A stretch of 64,000 bases of DNA from Pelomyxa schiedti. Lineage: Eukaryota > Protista > Evosea. Position 1 is the first letter of the stretch. Every line of letters starts with the position of its first letter. The translations under genes were made by a program, and so were the position numbers. The notes beneath the pieces were generated by a model. The model saw only the letters and a list, made by a program, of their open reading frames with translations. It ran no database searches and was not told the origin of the DNA. The DNA is taken from the NCBI GenBank assembly GCA_020536535.1, contig JAHLWZ010000310.1, forward strand, positions 1 through 64,000, written 5' to 3'. Positions 25,758-38,981 of this stretch are shown in pieces.

Positions 25758-28284
25758 TCACAAATTTTTCAGTACCATATTGAAGGCTTTTTCAACGTGA
25801 CGGTTGTGTGAAATACTTGTTTCTACATAGAGCCCTTTTGTATGGGCACCAGAAAACTGAATTGCCTAAATGTTGTTAGTACATCCTATTTACGGGAAAA
25901 TAATTCAGTAGGCACCAGCTCTTTTGGAACAAGTCTCTCTGAGAGGTCGATTTTATTTGCGAGAAGGAGTATAGGGGCATCAGGATTTTTGCTGAACCGG
26001 TGAATATCATCAACCCATTTGGTGGCATGGTCATAGGTATCTACGTGGATAAGAATACAATCTAAGAATAAAGGCATAAAACCTGGACGCGTTACATCAA
26101 ACATCACAATGAAGCCTTGTGCATATCCAAATACACTACAAACAGTTACATGGATACAGGGATAAATAGCGAAAGCCTTCTTGCCGGTATCCTTAGGAAC
26201 CAGTCATGCTTTTTCTTGGATAGAAGTAGCTTTATTCTCTGACGGAGGCGTTAATAGACGAAGGTAAAGAAATTGGTAACAACCTTACCATTCACTTTGC
26301 GTACTATTGTAACACTTTGATCGGAGTCATGCTCTTGACCCAAAATAAGGGGTGGAGTGCCGTGAACAGCACTGGAAGAGAAAAGGGGTTACTAAAGTGT
26401 AAGGAAGGTTATCAGTAACCAGTGAACCAAGCTAGTTTTCCCTGCGTCATGTCACCAATTGGAAAAAGAAAGATTACCAGTTTTACCTACGTTCTCGTCG
26501 CCTAGAATAACAAGCATGAATGATGAATCGGCAACTTGATCCATCCGGTGTTGCTCTGCCATCAGGTCGGCGTATTTGACTTGCTGATTCGGTTTCACTT
26601 GCACCCCTTTTGGTAAAGTACGAAGCATATCTATGGGTTCATCACCCTGTTCATGTGGTTCTTCTGTGCGTTCAGCTGCAAGTTGCCGTGTTACTTCGGC
26701 CAGAGTGAAGGTCTTTGCGGCTGGAGTTGGTGAAGACGGTGCAGAAAATAAAGAGAACTTTCCAGTAGGAGTAGATGAGAAGTCCAGGTCAATGAGTTCC
26801 TGAGTAACTACTGGTTTTACCCTTCTGTGCTCATGCGAAGAGGCTGAAGAGGAAGAGTTACTTCTTGTCTTTGGGCTTTCACTGTCACTTGAACTCCTAT
26901 GTGATGGCTTTTCACTTGAGGTTGTAGAACTTTTGTCAGGCTCTGCCTGTACTGACCCACCAGTAATAGGAGCTACCTCTTTGCCACCAATCTCGCTACT
27001 TGTTTTGAGGGTGCTTGGCTTTGGGTCACTGGTTGTTTCCACTGGCTTGCTGTCATTGAGGTCCAACTCTGGAGTACCCTCTGAGCTCGTGTCTTTGTCT
27101 CTCTCTATAGAGATAACGGGAGAATGGCGAGAAGAAAGGACCGGGCTGGATGTTGCGAGACGCCATTGAGGCTTAGTTGCAGTAGGGCTGGGAGGAGTAC
27201 CAGGAGCGTTTGATTGGGCAGTAGCCGGACCTGTACTATCCTGTAGTATGTTGGTTGTAGTTGTACCAGTAGTTACAGGAGCCGCTTCTTTCTCCTTGCG
27301 CTTTTCAGTTGCAATATCCACCGACGCAGAAAGCAAATCCGGCTTGTCGCCCTTAAAATCCCTATCTCCCATAATCCGGGCCTGGGTCCGGAACTCGTAC
27401 AAGGGAGACGGCATGTTAGCAACCCATAATGCCAAGTCGTCGGTGTCCGTGCAAGCATCAACCACAGCGACCCTGTGACACCTGCACCCGCACGACGCCC
27501 CGCACTCGCCCCCACCCCCACCACCACCACCACCACCAGCCCCGCTCGATCTCTTCAAACCAGAGGCCCCCCCGCTCGACGAATGATGCCCGTGGTGCGA
27601 CGACGACGACGACGAGTGATGCAGCGCAGACGACGACGACGACGAAGATTTGACGAGGCCGGAGCGAGACGTCGAGGAACTACTACTACTAGTGGGGTTG
27701 GTGGAACGGGGCAGGACCGGGCTGGAGTGCTCCCGGCTGTTGCTCGAGTCCTTTTTGGTTCTGCTGCCCCCGCTGTGGTGGCCGTGGCTGCCGCTGCTGC
27801 TGGTTGTGGCGACGTCGCCGGCGGAGGACACCCGCAGCAACGACGACTTGGAGGTCGAGTGGTGCGTGGCGGTGGGCTCGGGGGACGACGGGTGGTTGCC
27901 GAGGAGCAGGATGAGGTCTCCCCCTCCGCCGGTTCCCAGCGGGGCGCTGGCCGCCCCTGGGGGCCGCTCCCCCGGCTCCGCCTGTACCGTGGCCCCCACT
28001 ACCCCGCCGCCGCCGCCGGTGGTGGTGGTGGTGGTAGTGGTGGGGTCCCCCAGCAGGGAACCCGATTGCAAGATGGCAGCGGCCGAGGGGGGGTACGGGG
28101 AGGGGGCTGCGGCGGGGGGTGGGGGGCTCTGGGCGCCGCCGTCGCCCCCGCTGCGGTGGCCGCCTCTTGTGCGCTTGTGGTTATTGGTGTCGGCAGGGTT
28201 GGGAGCGAGCTTGGGGACCACTAGCTGGAGATCGTCCGACGTCGAATCGAGCGGCACGAGTGCCGCTTCAACGCCTGATGACAT
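25758..28284 (-). CDS. Long low-complexity N-terminus plus C-terminal Rab-like (pseudo)GTPase domain
   Basis: 610-aa first exon, then VILGDENV|GKTSL, AQGFIVMFDVT, ILLLANKIDL, YVETS. No DxxG (G3) motif is recoverable. Confidence 0.75.
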
Positions 28285-28491
28285 TATCTTCGGCTAATCC
28301 CCTCCGACGTTGATTTAGGTGAGCGGTGCGGTTGACAGATTCGAATCTGGGCAGCCTCTGAGCCCGAGTCTTGCTCACCATTTCGGGAGCCGTACCCGTA
28401 TTCCGTGCTACACGGTCTTTCGTCGAGGCACAGGGCCAAGAACCTGGAGAGACAGTCTGGTGCAGAAAAGTAACTCAAACGATCACAGACG

Positions 28492-30163
28492 ATGACGGAG
28501 TTCCGGGGATCTCAGGCTGATGAGGTGTGTCGCGTTTGTTGGTACAACAAAGGGGATATTAACAGTTGTGTAGTTGCGAATAATGCAACTTGAGAAAGAC
28601 CGCGAGAAAGCTCTGCGGGAATTTGAAGCGAAGAAAAGCGCAATCGAACGTGGTACCTTTGCTTTACTAACTTTTACTTTTACTTTTGTTAACTGTTGCT
28701 GGTGAAGAAAACTCGCAGTCAGTTCTTGTTGCCATCAAGGATAAGTTTGCACACAAGTCCAGCAAAGCCGAGGAGGATTTCCACAAAGAGACTACGGGAT
28801 TGGTCACCGCGGAGCAGTATAGGCGAAAACGGCTACTCGCTGACCAGTATCAGGAGGACGCTGAACGCGCCAGGAGGGCTCAGCAAGAAGAGTGCGTATC
28901 TCGGCTGCACTTTATTTATCTTCTTCTTTTAACCCTTTCAACAGAGAGGAAAGAAGAAGAGCTAAACGCTCCCGAACTGAAACGTCAAAACTGAGTTTTA
29001 GTGTGGATGAAGAAAACACTGATGAGGTAGAACCCGGGGAAGAAACTACAAGTGAAGGTGTGTCTACATGAACTCATATTCCATTGTAACATCACGAGGT
29101 GCACGCTTCCAGCAGTAACAACAACTACATCATCTACATCTACATCTACGCCTGCGCCTGCGCCCACGCCTGCACCTACGTCTACATCAACGTCATCTGC
29201 ATCGTCGACAACTACCACCTCTCCGACTCCTGCTGCACCCATCATCAAAATAAAGAAAAACCCACACATCGATACCTCGTTCCTACCTGACAGAGAAAGA
29301 GAGGTTTCTTTTTCCCCAATTATAGTTCCACTAACCCTTTTTAAGTTACGAGCCACTGAGTTGCGAGAGAAGCTTGCAAAAGAGTGGCTTGCAGAACAAG
29401 AAAAAATTAAAAGTAAGTGTGCAACTAAATAAGCCTTCCAGTTCACAATGCACAGAAGAAGTTATTGAAATCACATTCAGCTTTTGGGATGGATCTGGAC
29501 ACAGAAGGACTTCTAAAGTAGCCTTTCTTGGTTATTGTTTGGGCTTCCTTCTTACCGCTTAGAAGGTACCGAAGGGAACAACTATTGAACAATTCCTTGA
29601 GACGGTCAAGCACGATTTTAAGGAGATTAGGAACGTGAGTAGGAAATTGATGCGGCGAACTATTCTCTTTTCCAACATTAACTTTATTTAGATAAGTGTG
29701 GACAATCTTATGTTCGTGAAGGAAGATCTAATAATTCCTCGTATGCAACACTTTTTCGTGTTCCGCTCCTCACAACCGTCAGACCACTATTCCTTCTACG
29801 ACCTTATTGAGAGCCGGGCCCGCGGAAAGTCAGGCCCGCTGTTCCACTTTGATGTGCACGATGACGTCCGCCTTGTGTCTGATGCCGCCCACGAAAAAGA
29901 TGAGGTATTACACTCCTCTGGCCATCTCAGCACTCAAATCAACCACAGTCCCACGCAGCAAAGGTTCTAGAACGCCGCTGGTACGATCACAACAAGCACA
30001 TATTCCCAGCCTCCCGGTGGGAGGTTTTCGATCCCAATATTCAACGAGACAAGTAATTTCCTACCCCTCTCCCATTCCATATGCACAACCAATCCCTTAT
30101 TGCCTCACCTAACACTAACACTCACACAGGTACACAATACGTGATACATTATCCTCTCATTGA
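28492..30163 (+). CDS. FAM50: XAP5/FAM50 family spliceosome-associated protein
   Basis: [85 protein letters not shown]. Confidence 0.93.
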
Positions 30164-30306
30164 ATCAATAAATCAAACCCCACACTTCAGTCTCTGAGCA
30201 AAACTTTTACTTGCCGCTTTAAGAAACCAACCGTTTTACTGAAAGTAACAAATCCCCTCGGCCTTTTTTGTTGAAAGACCAAAAAAATCACAAAAAACAC
30301 AATACG

Positions 30307-32482
30307 ATGGCGGCTACGGCACCCCCTGTTGCGAGTCTCGACTCGTTAGATCTCAAAGGTGGGTCTATCGTTTCGCGTTTCCCGTTATGCACTTTTTTCT
30401 CCTTTTTTTTTTGGTGATACGCGTGTGGCGTTTGACCTAGTTTCGGCTTTTGTTTTTTTTGCGAGTTAAATGTTTTTTCTTTTCTTTTTTTTTTTTCCCC
30501 TATAGTGTTGCAAGCTAAAAATTTGCCTGTTACTGGGAAGAAGGAGGGTGCCAAGGCCTATGTCAGACTCAACACAAACTTCAGCACACAACAGTGGAAA
30601 ACCAAGGTAACAGAGCGGACATCGTTCCCCGCCTGGAACCAAGACTTCAATGTAATGTAAGTGTTGAAATCAATTCAATTACCTTGATGACTGTTTTGTA
30701 GGATCCCCACAAACATCACTACACTTACAAAGAGAACTATTATTCTCACTCTCTTTGAGAAGCATTCCTTCCCCCGATCCGGTATGGCTCTCCCAGTAAT
30801 AACAAAAAAAAGTGATGCAAAACAGATGTTGTTCTTGGCGAAGCATTCTTGTCCCTTGATGGTGCCTAGTTTTTTGCTCATTCTCGTTTTACTAATAAAT
30901 TCAGATACCAACAATAAGGAGATATGGATTCCGCTGGAGAACGAACCAAAGAGAAAGAGGAACCCCGGACACGCTGAACTTCAAATTGCTTTGGCATTCC
31001 ATGTCCAAGTATGCTTCCGCACCAATTACCTCTGTAAACCACATACAGGCAGCTGCCCCCCCTGTCCGAAGAATGGAAGATTTGTACACTGTTGGCGCAG
31101 TCCTAGGAAGGTAGCGGTTAATTGTCTTACTTCCTCCCCTAATTTTTCAACAGAGGAGGCTTCAGTGTAGTCTATGAGGGAATTGAAAAGGCAACTGGAA
31201 AGAAACTTGCAATTAAATACGTTAACAAACTGGACAAAGAGCCGGAAGTAATCAAGCTTCTACAAAGGCACCACCAAGTTGTTTGACCGTTGTGATAAGA
31301 CTTTCTAGGGAGATTTCCGTCATGACAAAATTGAAGCACCCAAATATTGTCGAGCTACGAGACGTTTTTGAAACTTCTTCGGAGATCAACATGGTGCTTG
31401 AATAGTATGCCATTTACGAACAATACTTCTGGTGTAACACTTTGTTTTAGTGTGTCAGGAGGAGAGCTCTACGATAAGGTTTCCCTCGAGTAACGAGTCA
31501 GTATTGACTTCTTTAGATTATCGAACGAGGTTATTATACTGAGAGAGATGCGGCAGGTGTTATAAAGCAATTACTTCAAGCTGCCGAGTACATGCACGGT
31601 CACGGGGTTGCACATAGGTATAAAGAATAAAATTCGCTTCGTTCTAATCCTCACAAACAGGGATCTCAAGGTGTGTGCCACTTTTTATCTTCTGTTTCTT
31701 ATTGCATTTTTAGCCGGAGAACTTGCTTTGTGAAGGTGACCTGGTTAAAGTATGCTGGCATTGTGTTGGGCTTAATTCCAACCACCACCATAGATTGCAG
31801 ATTTTGGTTTATCCAAGGACTTCACTATGGCTTCAGTGATGAATACTTGCTGTGGGTCTCCATCCTACGTAGCTCCGGAGGTTCTTTCCGGGGCTGCTGC
31901 CTATGACTGTGAATGCGATATTTGGTCAATTGGTGTAATCGCTTACGTGCTGTATGTTCTTAGCCCCAACTAGCGTCGATTACTTAGCAATCCTTAGTGT
32001 CAGTGGATATCTGCCGTTCTTTGCCGACAATCAGCAAGAGTTGTTTGAGAAAATTCTTGAAGGAGTTTTCCATTTCAGCCAACCCGTCTGGACTGATGTC
32101 TCCCCACAAGGTTCGTTATCCTGCTGCAGTAGTCACAACGAAAACTCACATTGCGCACCTTTTTATAGCAAAGGACTTCATTACCAAGACTCTCACATTA
32201 GCCCCGGCTTCTCGCCCTAATGCCGCCGATTGTCTACGGCACCCATGGCTAGCTGTATGTTCAATAAACATTAATAAAACACACTCCCACTCACTAAACC
32301 CCGCTACAAGCAAAGAACAACCAATACACACGCGAACAACACCACCATCCCACAATACGAGACCGGGGGTCTAACTCAACACACAACAGGGTGCCGCCGC
32401 CACTGCCCACCTTCCCACCACGGCATCAATGTCTGACCTCAGGAGTGGGTTCAACCCCAAGACAAGAGGAAAGGTAGAGTAG
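30307..32482 (+). CDS. C2-domain plus CaMK-family Ser/Thr kinase (multi-exon)
   Basis: C2 (VLQAKNLP, PAWNQDF) then LGRGGFSVV, AIKY, LKHPNIV, HR|DLK|PEN, ADFGLSK, CGSPSYVAPE, DIWSIGV. Confidence 0.9.
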
Positions 32483-32832
32483 AGAAGACTCAGGGTGTGA
32501 TAAGAAGGAAAAGAAAGAGAAACAAAGGGAAATTTGATTGAAAACTCGTGGTGTCTCTCATAAAAGTATTAGCGTAACATCACCTTCTCGCCAGGTTTTT
32601 GACGTTAGTTGCGCTAGTTCCCTGCGTGGGTTTGGGGTGATCTGAACGAAAAAGTAAACACAAAAATAAAAAAATCGGTGGTGTGTGATCGGTGCTGCGT
32701 AACCAGGAAGAAAAAAGAACCCCGAAAGGAGACAGTACAAAGGTGAGGTGTGCTTGTTGTGAGTGCCGTGGGATTTAGTGCGCTTTAAGAGAGCGAGGAC
32801 GTGGGTGAACGAGCTCAAACGTAGCGTAGAAA

Positions 32833-34884
32833 ATGACAGAGAAAACGCCGCTAATGGCATCGGTGCGCATAGAGGCACCCTCACCACCATCTGACCCGGA
32901 GCCCAATGAGGCCGCGGACACAGAAGAAAGACATACGTCTGCTGCAGTAATTGTAATTCCACAATACGGGTCAGACACCCAAAATGAAGTCGTTGAAAAC
33001 GGTGATGGTCATCACCACCATCACCACCAACACCACCATCACCACGATCGCCACATCGACGTGGTTCTTCCCGCAGAGGAGTCAGTTAATCACGACGATG
33101 AAACTCCTATCGCTACTGAAAACCACCCTCTCATTGACAATAATCCCTCTGTATCATCAACACCACCGCTACAATCAATCAACACTCAGGGTCTTCTTTC
33201 CCACAATTCGGACTATAGCAAAAGACTACTCTCCGACGCCGAGACACGCAGGAAGGCGGAAGCTGACACCCGAAGAGGAAGTTCTTCAGTTGGCGCAACT
33301 GCGAACTTCATCAAGGGCATGCTCGGTGCAGGTATCCTATCAATGCCGAAAGCTTTCGGCGAATCTGGATTGTGGCTGGGGTCAATAGTGCTCCCACTTT
33401 TAACTGGAATTACACTTTTCTCCATGCTGATTATTATCAAGGTAATTCTTTCTTATGTTGAAAGTACATTTTGACTCTTATAGCTCAAACGTGCAGCCAA
33501 CCGGTCGATCTGTGGCACATCTTTTTCTGGTCCAGTTATAACATACCAGGATATTGGTAGAGCAGCACATCCATACGGGAATTGGGTGGTTCTGGTCTCT
33601 GTAGTTGCATTACAACTGTGTTTCTGTACTGGATGGGTTATTGTCATGGTGAACAACCTTCACACTATGTTGCCGGACTTTTCGAGGCTTTTTCAGATTT
33701 TTTGGGTATCTTTTTTTTTGCTCCATTGGACTCTCTCATTTCGACTCTCGCAGCTTCTCCCGATCTTGGTTGGCTTGACATGGATCAGATACATTAAGCA
33801 ACTGGTCTATACATCATTTTTTGGGCTGATTGTGTACTTATTTGGAGTTATGGGCGTATCTTACTACTACGGGGTTCCTGACATCAGTGCGGAGTCTTAT
33901 CACAATTCCGTTCTGTTCAATTGGCAACAACTACCTCTCTTCATGACAACTGCTGTATATGCAATAGGTACAGCGATTGTTACACCTCCAACCATTTATG
34001 CGACACATAGGGGGCTTCAATGGGGTCGTTTCATGTGAAGCGACTCTGAAAAAGCCGTCGCATGCTCCTGGAATGGTTTCTATCGGGCTACCTTTGTATG
34101 CTTTCAATGTAATGCTATTTGGGGCTATTATGTACGTGTCCGGCTATGGCACGTGCAGTGTTGTTTTAGATTGTTTGCCCGACGATTGGCCAATTATTGT
34201 TGTGAAGGTATTCTGTTTTTCATTTGAAGGCTTTTGTTCCAACTTAATCCAGCACAGTGTGCATTGACACTGGCGCTTATTTTCACATTCCCACTTGGGA
34301 TGAACTACGCACTTGAAATACTTGAAGACGTTCTTTTCAGTGAACGTACTTCCATCATTGTCCGTTGCCTGGAGAGAACTGTATTAGTAGTGTTAGTATG
34401 TGCAATAGCCTGGGCTGTTCCCGACTTCTCTGTGTTTAGGTACGTCCCTTCCATCTTACCCAAAACTCCACCAACTCTACCTCAGTAACATTGTCGGTTC
34501 CATACTTCTTCCATTTGTGGGCTTCATCCTGCCCCCTTATTTATTCTTCCGGTGTGTTTTTCCCCTTTTCGATACTCACTTTACTCTTCCCAAGAACAAC
34601 AACACCCGCACTCTGCACTCTCACCACCACTCTTACCGGTCCCATTCTCCCACATGCACTCCTCCCTTTTGTTTTTGGGGTTCACATGGCACTTTAGCTA
34701 ACACCCACACCACACACATAGGTTGTGTATGCCCGCGCAGTGGTGGCATAAAACTGAGTTTGACACCACGTGGAGCTGGGCACAGCGGTGGCTGTGGGCT
34801 GTGTCACTGACTGCAATGTTGATTTTCGGTGCTGCTTTCCAAATCGTTGGTCTATACACCACCATCATTCAAGACTTCTCGTGA
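32833..34884 (+). CDS. Amino-acid transporter (AAAP/SLC36-like)
   Basis: NFIKGMLGAGILSMPKAF..SGL, ITYQDIG..A, multiple hydrophobic segments, FTFPLGM, GFILPP. His-rich N-terminal tail. Confidence 0.88.
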
Positions 34885-34956
34885 CAAGAATTGTTTGCAC
34901 AGAATAGTAACAAAGAGTAGGGCTGGGTTTGTTTTTTTGTTTCCGCTTGGGTTTGT

Positions 34957-36919
34957 TTATGATTTCGTAAGAGCGGCCTTGAGGGCAGCAACCCAGGCCT
35001 GTTGATCAGCCATGCTGGATGCTTGAAGGTGGAAGTCGCGCCCTGGGGTTCTGTGTGTTGTGTTAGTTGCTGGATCGACATTGAGTGAAGTGTGCGGTTG
35101 GATTTTTGATGTACCTCAGGGTGAAAGAGAATTCACGGCCTGGGGCAATGTCATTTGTTACATCGGCTTGGGAAAGGCTGATAACTCCTTGTGGTGATGT
35201 CTTGGAGTGGTGTGAGTTTGGAAGTGGGTTGGTTCTTCATACCGAGTCCGAGGTTTTGGAGTAAGTGAGGCTCTTCTTATCGGGGTCCAAGTCGAACCAC
35301 CTCCTCTGCCACCCTTTGAATGTTCCGCCGGCATCCTTGAACATCCACCCGGAGATCTAAGAGATATCATGAGTGCATACAGATAGTATTATGGTAATAC
35401 CTTGACCGGCTTTGGGGTTGCTGGTACTGCTGGTGTTGGTTGTGCCGGTTGAATAATAATTGGAGGTTGTGACGAGGCAGATTTGCGGGCACTGGAAGTT
35501 GATGGTGATGATACAGGAGGAGAAGTGGCTCTGGGAGGTGGTGAGACATGTCTGGTTTCTTCCGCGGGTGGTGGTGCTTCTGTTGATTTTGGAGGGGGAT
35601 TTGGTACTGTCTTGGGTGGAGGGGTGGGCACAGTCTTTGGTGGTGGCGTTGGTGTAGGTTTGGGCTGCGGCAGTGGTTTTTGGGGGGCAGTTGATGTGGA
35701 TGTTGTCGTGGTTGTTGGTGTTGGTGCTGTCCATTGTGTAGCTCCTGTTGTGGTGTTGATAAAGAGTTTTCTACCCTCTGGATCTGTAATGGCCTTCCAA
35801 TCAGGTGGAAGGGGCTAGAATACATTAATTACACAAGGATTGAGATGAACTGTACCTGCTCTTCTGCTGGTTTTTTGCTCTGAAAAGCCATACTTTTATG
35901 AGAAAAGCGGTTAAAGGAAAGTCAGACGAACCTTTTTCAAGGCTTTGGGGAGATCCCATTGAGTGTAGTTCCCTATTTTGTGACAATAAAAAGCTCTTCC
36001 TGATTTGTCTGCGCATTCCATCCAGTCGTCTGGATTAGACTATGTTGATGAGACATTGGAAAGGCGGATAATGTAGCACCTCGAATATATCAGGGAAGTG
36101 AAGAATCAGTGTGGTTACAATATCAGCATGCTGCTGCATGCTCGTTGCAGCGGAGGCGGGGTCTTCTTCCCGAAAGAGCTTAGGATCACCAGTTAAGGTA
36201 CTTATTATTACATAGAATGTGATACCGATGGCCCAATAACAACACCAAGATTGTTGGCATCCATCATATTTGATCTCGATTCGTCACTGGGCGGTGTAAG
36301 ACATGTTAATCTAAACTTGATGTGCGGACCTGACTTTAACAAGGAATCTCACGAGAATTTGCAATGCCGCTCGATTGTTGGCTGGGAGCCCAGTAACAGC
36401 AGCCGTAAGTGCTCCAAGACTACCATTTCTGACTTGTGCTGCAGACGTATTACTATTAGACAGTCCATAGAATAACTCAGTTGCCTACCTAGAGCATCTT
36501 TGAACGACTTAACTTTGGCAGGCGGGATGACAGGTTCGTCCAGGGCTTTCAAGTACTGTTTGAAGGCGCTTGTAACATCGTGAGGTGAGAGCTCGGCGCC
36601 CGCTGCAGTGCGTATTGCCCTAGCGACGGACGACTGATCCGTCGACGTAGTAGCGTGAATAGCAGTACCAATGCGCTCTACTACAACACGTCCGCCAGAA
36701 ACCCGGAAAAGGCCCTCACACGAGGCACCTATGTCGAAAAATGAGGGGGAAAAAAAGAAGAAAGAACAAAAAAAAAAAATGTCCTCTCAAACGGTGTTTT
36801 ATGCGCCGTGCGATTACGGAACTTTTTGTGGTTTTACCCCTGCGAACGAAAAACACAAGGTACATACTGGTAGATAATACATCACACACGGCGCCTACCA
36901 CCTCGGGCCGGACGCTCAT
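34957..36919 (-). CDS. RhoGAP-WW-proline-rich-PH domain protein
   Basis: EGLFRVSG (Arg finger), FKQYLKALDEPVIP, NMMDANNLGVVIGP. WW: WMECADKSGRAFYCHKIGNYTQWDLP. PH: GWMFKDAGGTFKGWQRRWF..FHLQASSMADQQAWVAALK. Confidence 0.85.
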
Positions 36920-37177
36920 CTCACCACCACTGGTTAGATTTTTTGATTTCTTTGTTTGTTTTTACGTCTGCTGGAAAAAACACTCAGATCTCAGAACACA
37001 ACAACGACGCAGGGTTTTCACTCGTGCCAAATTATACGCCGAAATCTAAAACGAGCGCTCCATCATGACAGAGGCTCGTCAGTGTTGTGGTTTGGAAGTT
37101 CTATTCTCTGATAGAACCAGCACAATAGCCCCATTGTGTGAATAAGGCTGAATATAACTATGAAAACAAACAACAAG

Positions 37178-38373
37178 TCATGCCAGTGAACTGGAAGATA
37201 CCCTGTAGAAGAACATGGAATGAGTAAAGGAAAATCTAAAAAATAATGTTGTAGGGAAATACTCTTCAGAATTATCGGCTATGATATCGAAGGTCAAAAC
37301 AACAAAGAATCCGATGAAGAACCATATATGAACCCACCAAACATCAGCACCCTTGGTTTCATGGGCTTCCGCCAACTGAGAAAAACAATTAATATGCAGA
37401 AAAAGATAGCGGGGTGGCAAACCAATTCACAGACTACTAGAAATATAAGGTTGGAAACACCAAATGCATACAGAAGCTGTATTCCATATTCTCCCATTAA
37501 AGGGATTACAAGAGCACCCAGAAGGCCAGATAAAGGTAGAAATAGAGGGATGACCAAGCACAGTATGATTACTATGTACCTCTTGACTGTTTTTCTCAAG
37601 CTGGTGCTCATGGAGACACCCACAAAGCACATTTCTATTGCCAGTGCAAAGGATACAATAGCTCCAGCAGATAGATCAGCGCTGGCACTGAAAGAAATAC
37701 TGATGAGTAATCCATCCAGCACGGAATTCAAGGTAATGGATAGAACTAAGCCCCATGGAACACCCCGCCATCCATATCGAGTAGTCGGTAGAAGAGCAGT
37801 ATCTTCAACATCTTGTACACTAGTTCTGCGATTTGTACTGAAGCTACTTAGTACGGTAAAGACCATGAGAATTTAAACACACAAGGAGCCCACGGGTGTG
37901 CTTGCTTGTGCCTTTTTGGATTCTTTTTCGAATTTTTCAGCAAAGTAGTCACTTATTGCCTCGACTGCAAACATAAGAACAACCCCCACCACAAAGCCAA
38001 TAAGTTTTGCAGAATATGAAGCTCCCCTAGATGCCCACTTGTTCAAATCACTTTCACTGGCACTTGGATAGTTCCGTTTTGGAACAGCTGAAGTAGTAAG
38101 GTAAGTTGGAATGCCAATAAAATTACACGGTAATTTTAAAATACAACGATATTAATACTAGAAAAAGAATAGCAAAAAACCAGAGGAAAGCAGCACCGGA
38201 GCAAATTCAGTTGCAATTGCGCACATTACAACCCCGGACGCGAATTGCTGGAGGGCCGCAGATAACCTGGGCCCAGGCGAGCGCCACACCACCACGATGG
38301 AGCCCCCGATCATCGCAATTGTGGGAAACGCAGTCAGAGCCGCCACTGCCTCGTAGTCCGATGCACTCGCCAT
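37178..38373 (-). CDS. ZIP-family (ZupT/GufA-like) divalent metal transporter
   Basis: ALQQFASGVV, NSVLDGLLISISF, ALAIEMCFVG, YAFG..LIFLVVCE|LAEAH; about 8 hydrophobic segments. Confidence 0.8.
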
Positions 38374-38981
38374 GTGTTGCGCACACAAGTTGGGTGTGTC
38401 TGTTGCTTGTTTTTTTTTTTTTGCTCCTCTATTTACTCACGGTGGTGGGTTGGGTTGCTCGGGAGACCAAGAGAGGGAGAGATCACGATGAACGACGATG
38501 ATCTGCGGTGACGAAACGGCGAACGAAAAAGTGCTTTTCTGAATGTTTTGCTGTTTCGGTTCCTTTGCTTTTTCTCCTTGTCTGAACAAAGAGAGGAAAA
38601 GAACTCCGCGAAATTCCAAATGGCCAGTTGGCACTGATAAGGTCATGATGCCGGCAGGGCACAGCACAAGCAGAACAAAGCCCTAATTGTCCCCGGTGCC
38701 CTGTTGAGGACTTACCTTGTTCTCTTTCCGCAATGGATTCAACGGACACTTCGAGTGGTTGTGGAGGGAGGAATTTTTGAGAGGGTGGTGCCGATGTACG
38801 CTCCAAAGGATTTCAGGTGTCAAATTGTGATTGTGATTTGATTGGCACATCGAGATTCAAAACGTCTGGAACTTTTGTTCATTTCTTTTCCCCGACCGTC
38901 GATTAATCGCTTGCGTGTCGTTTGTCGTGTCGGTGCTCCGGCGGGTCGTTTTTGAGCTCTAAGATCTCACGGGATCGCACG

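Noticed and set aside
27475-28297. Long antisense and alternate-frame ORFs over GC-rich exons (also at 7966-8454, 49584-50186, 62463-62924)
   Set aside because: Shadow ORFs of GC-rich low-complexity coding sequence, with no domain signal.
30307-32482. Possible stop-codon reassignment (many in-frame stops within conserved genes)
   Set aside because: The stops I checked fall inside short GT-AG or GC-AG introns, and the genes end in ordinary TAA/TAG/TGA.
36836-36845. Possible micro-exon (CAG|GG|GT) in the first RhoGAP intron
   Set aside because: It would be 2 nt, shift the frame, and leave only a 28-nt upstream intron.
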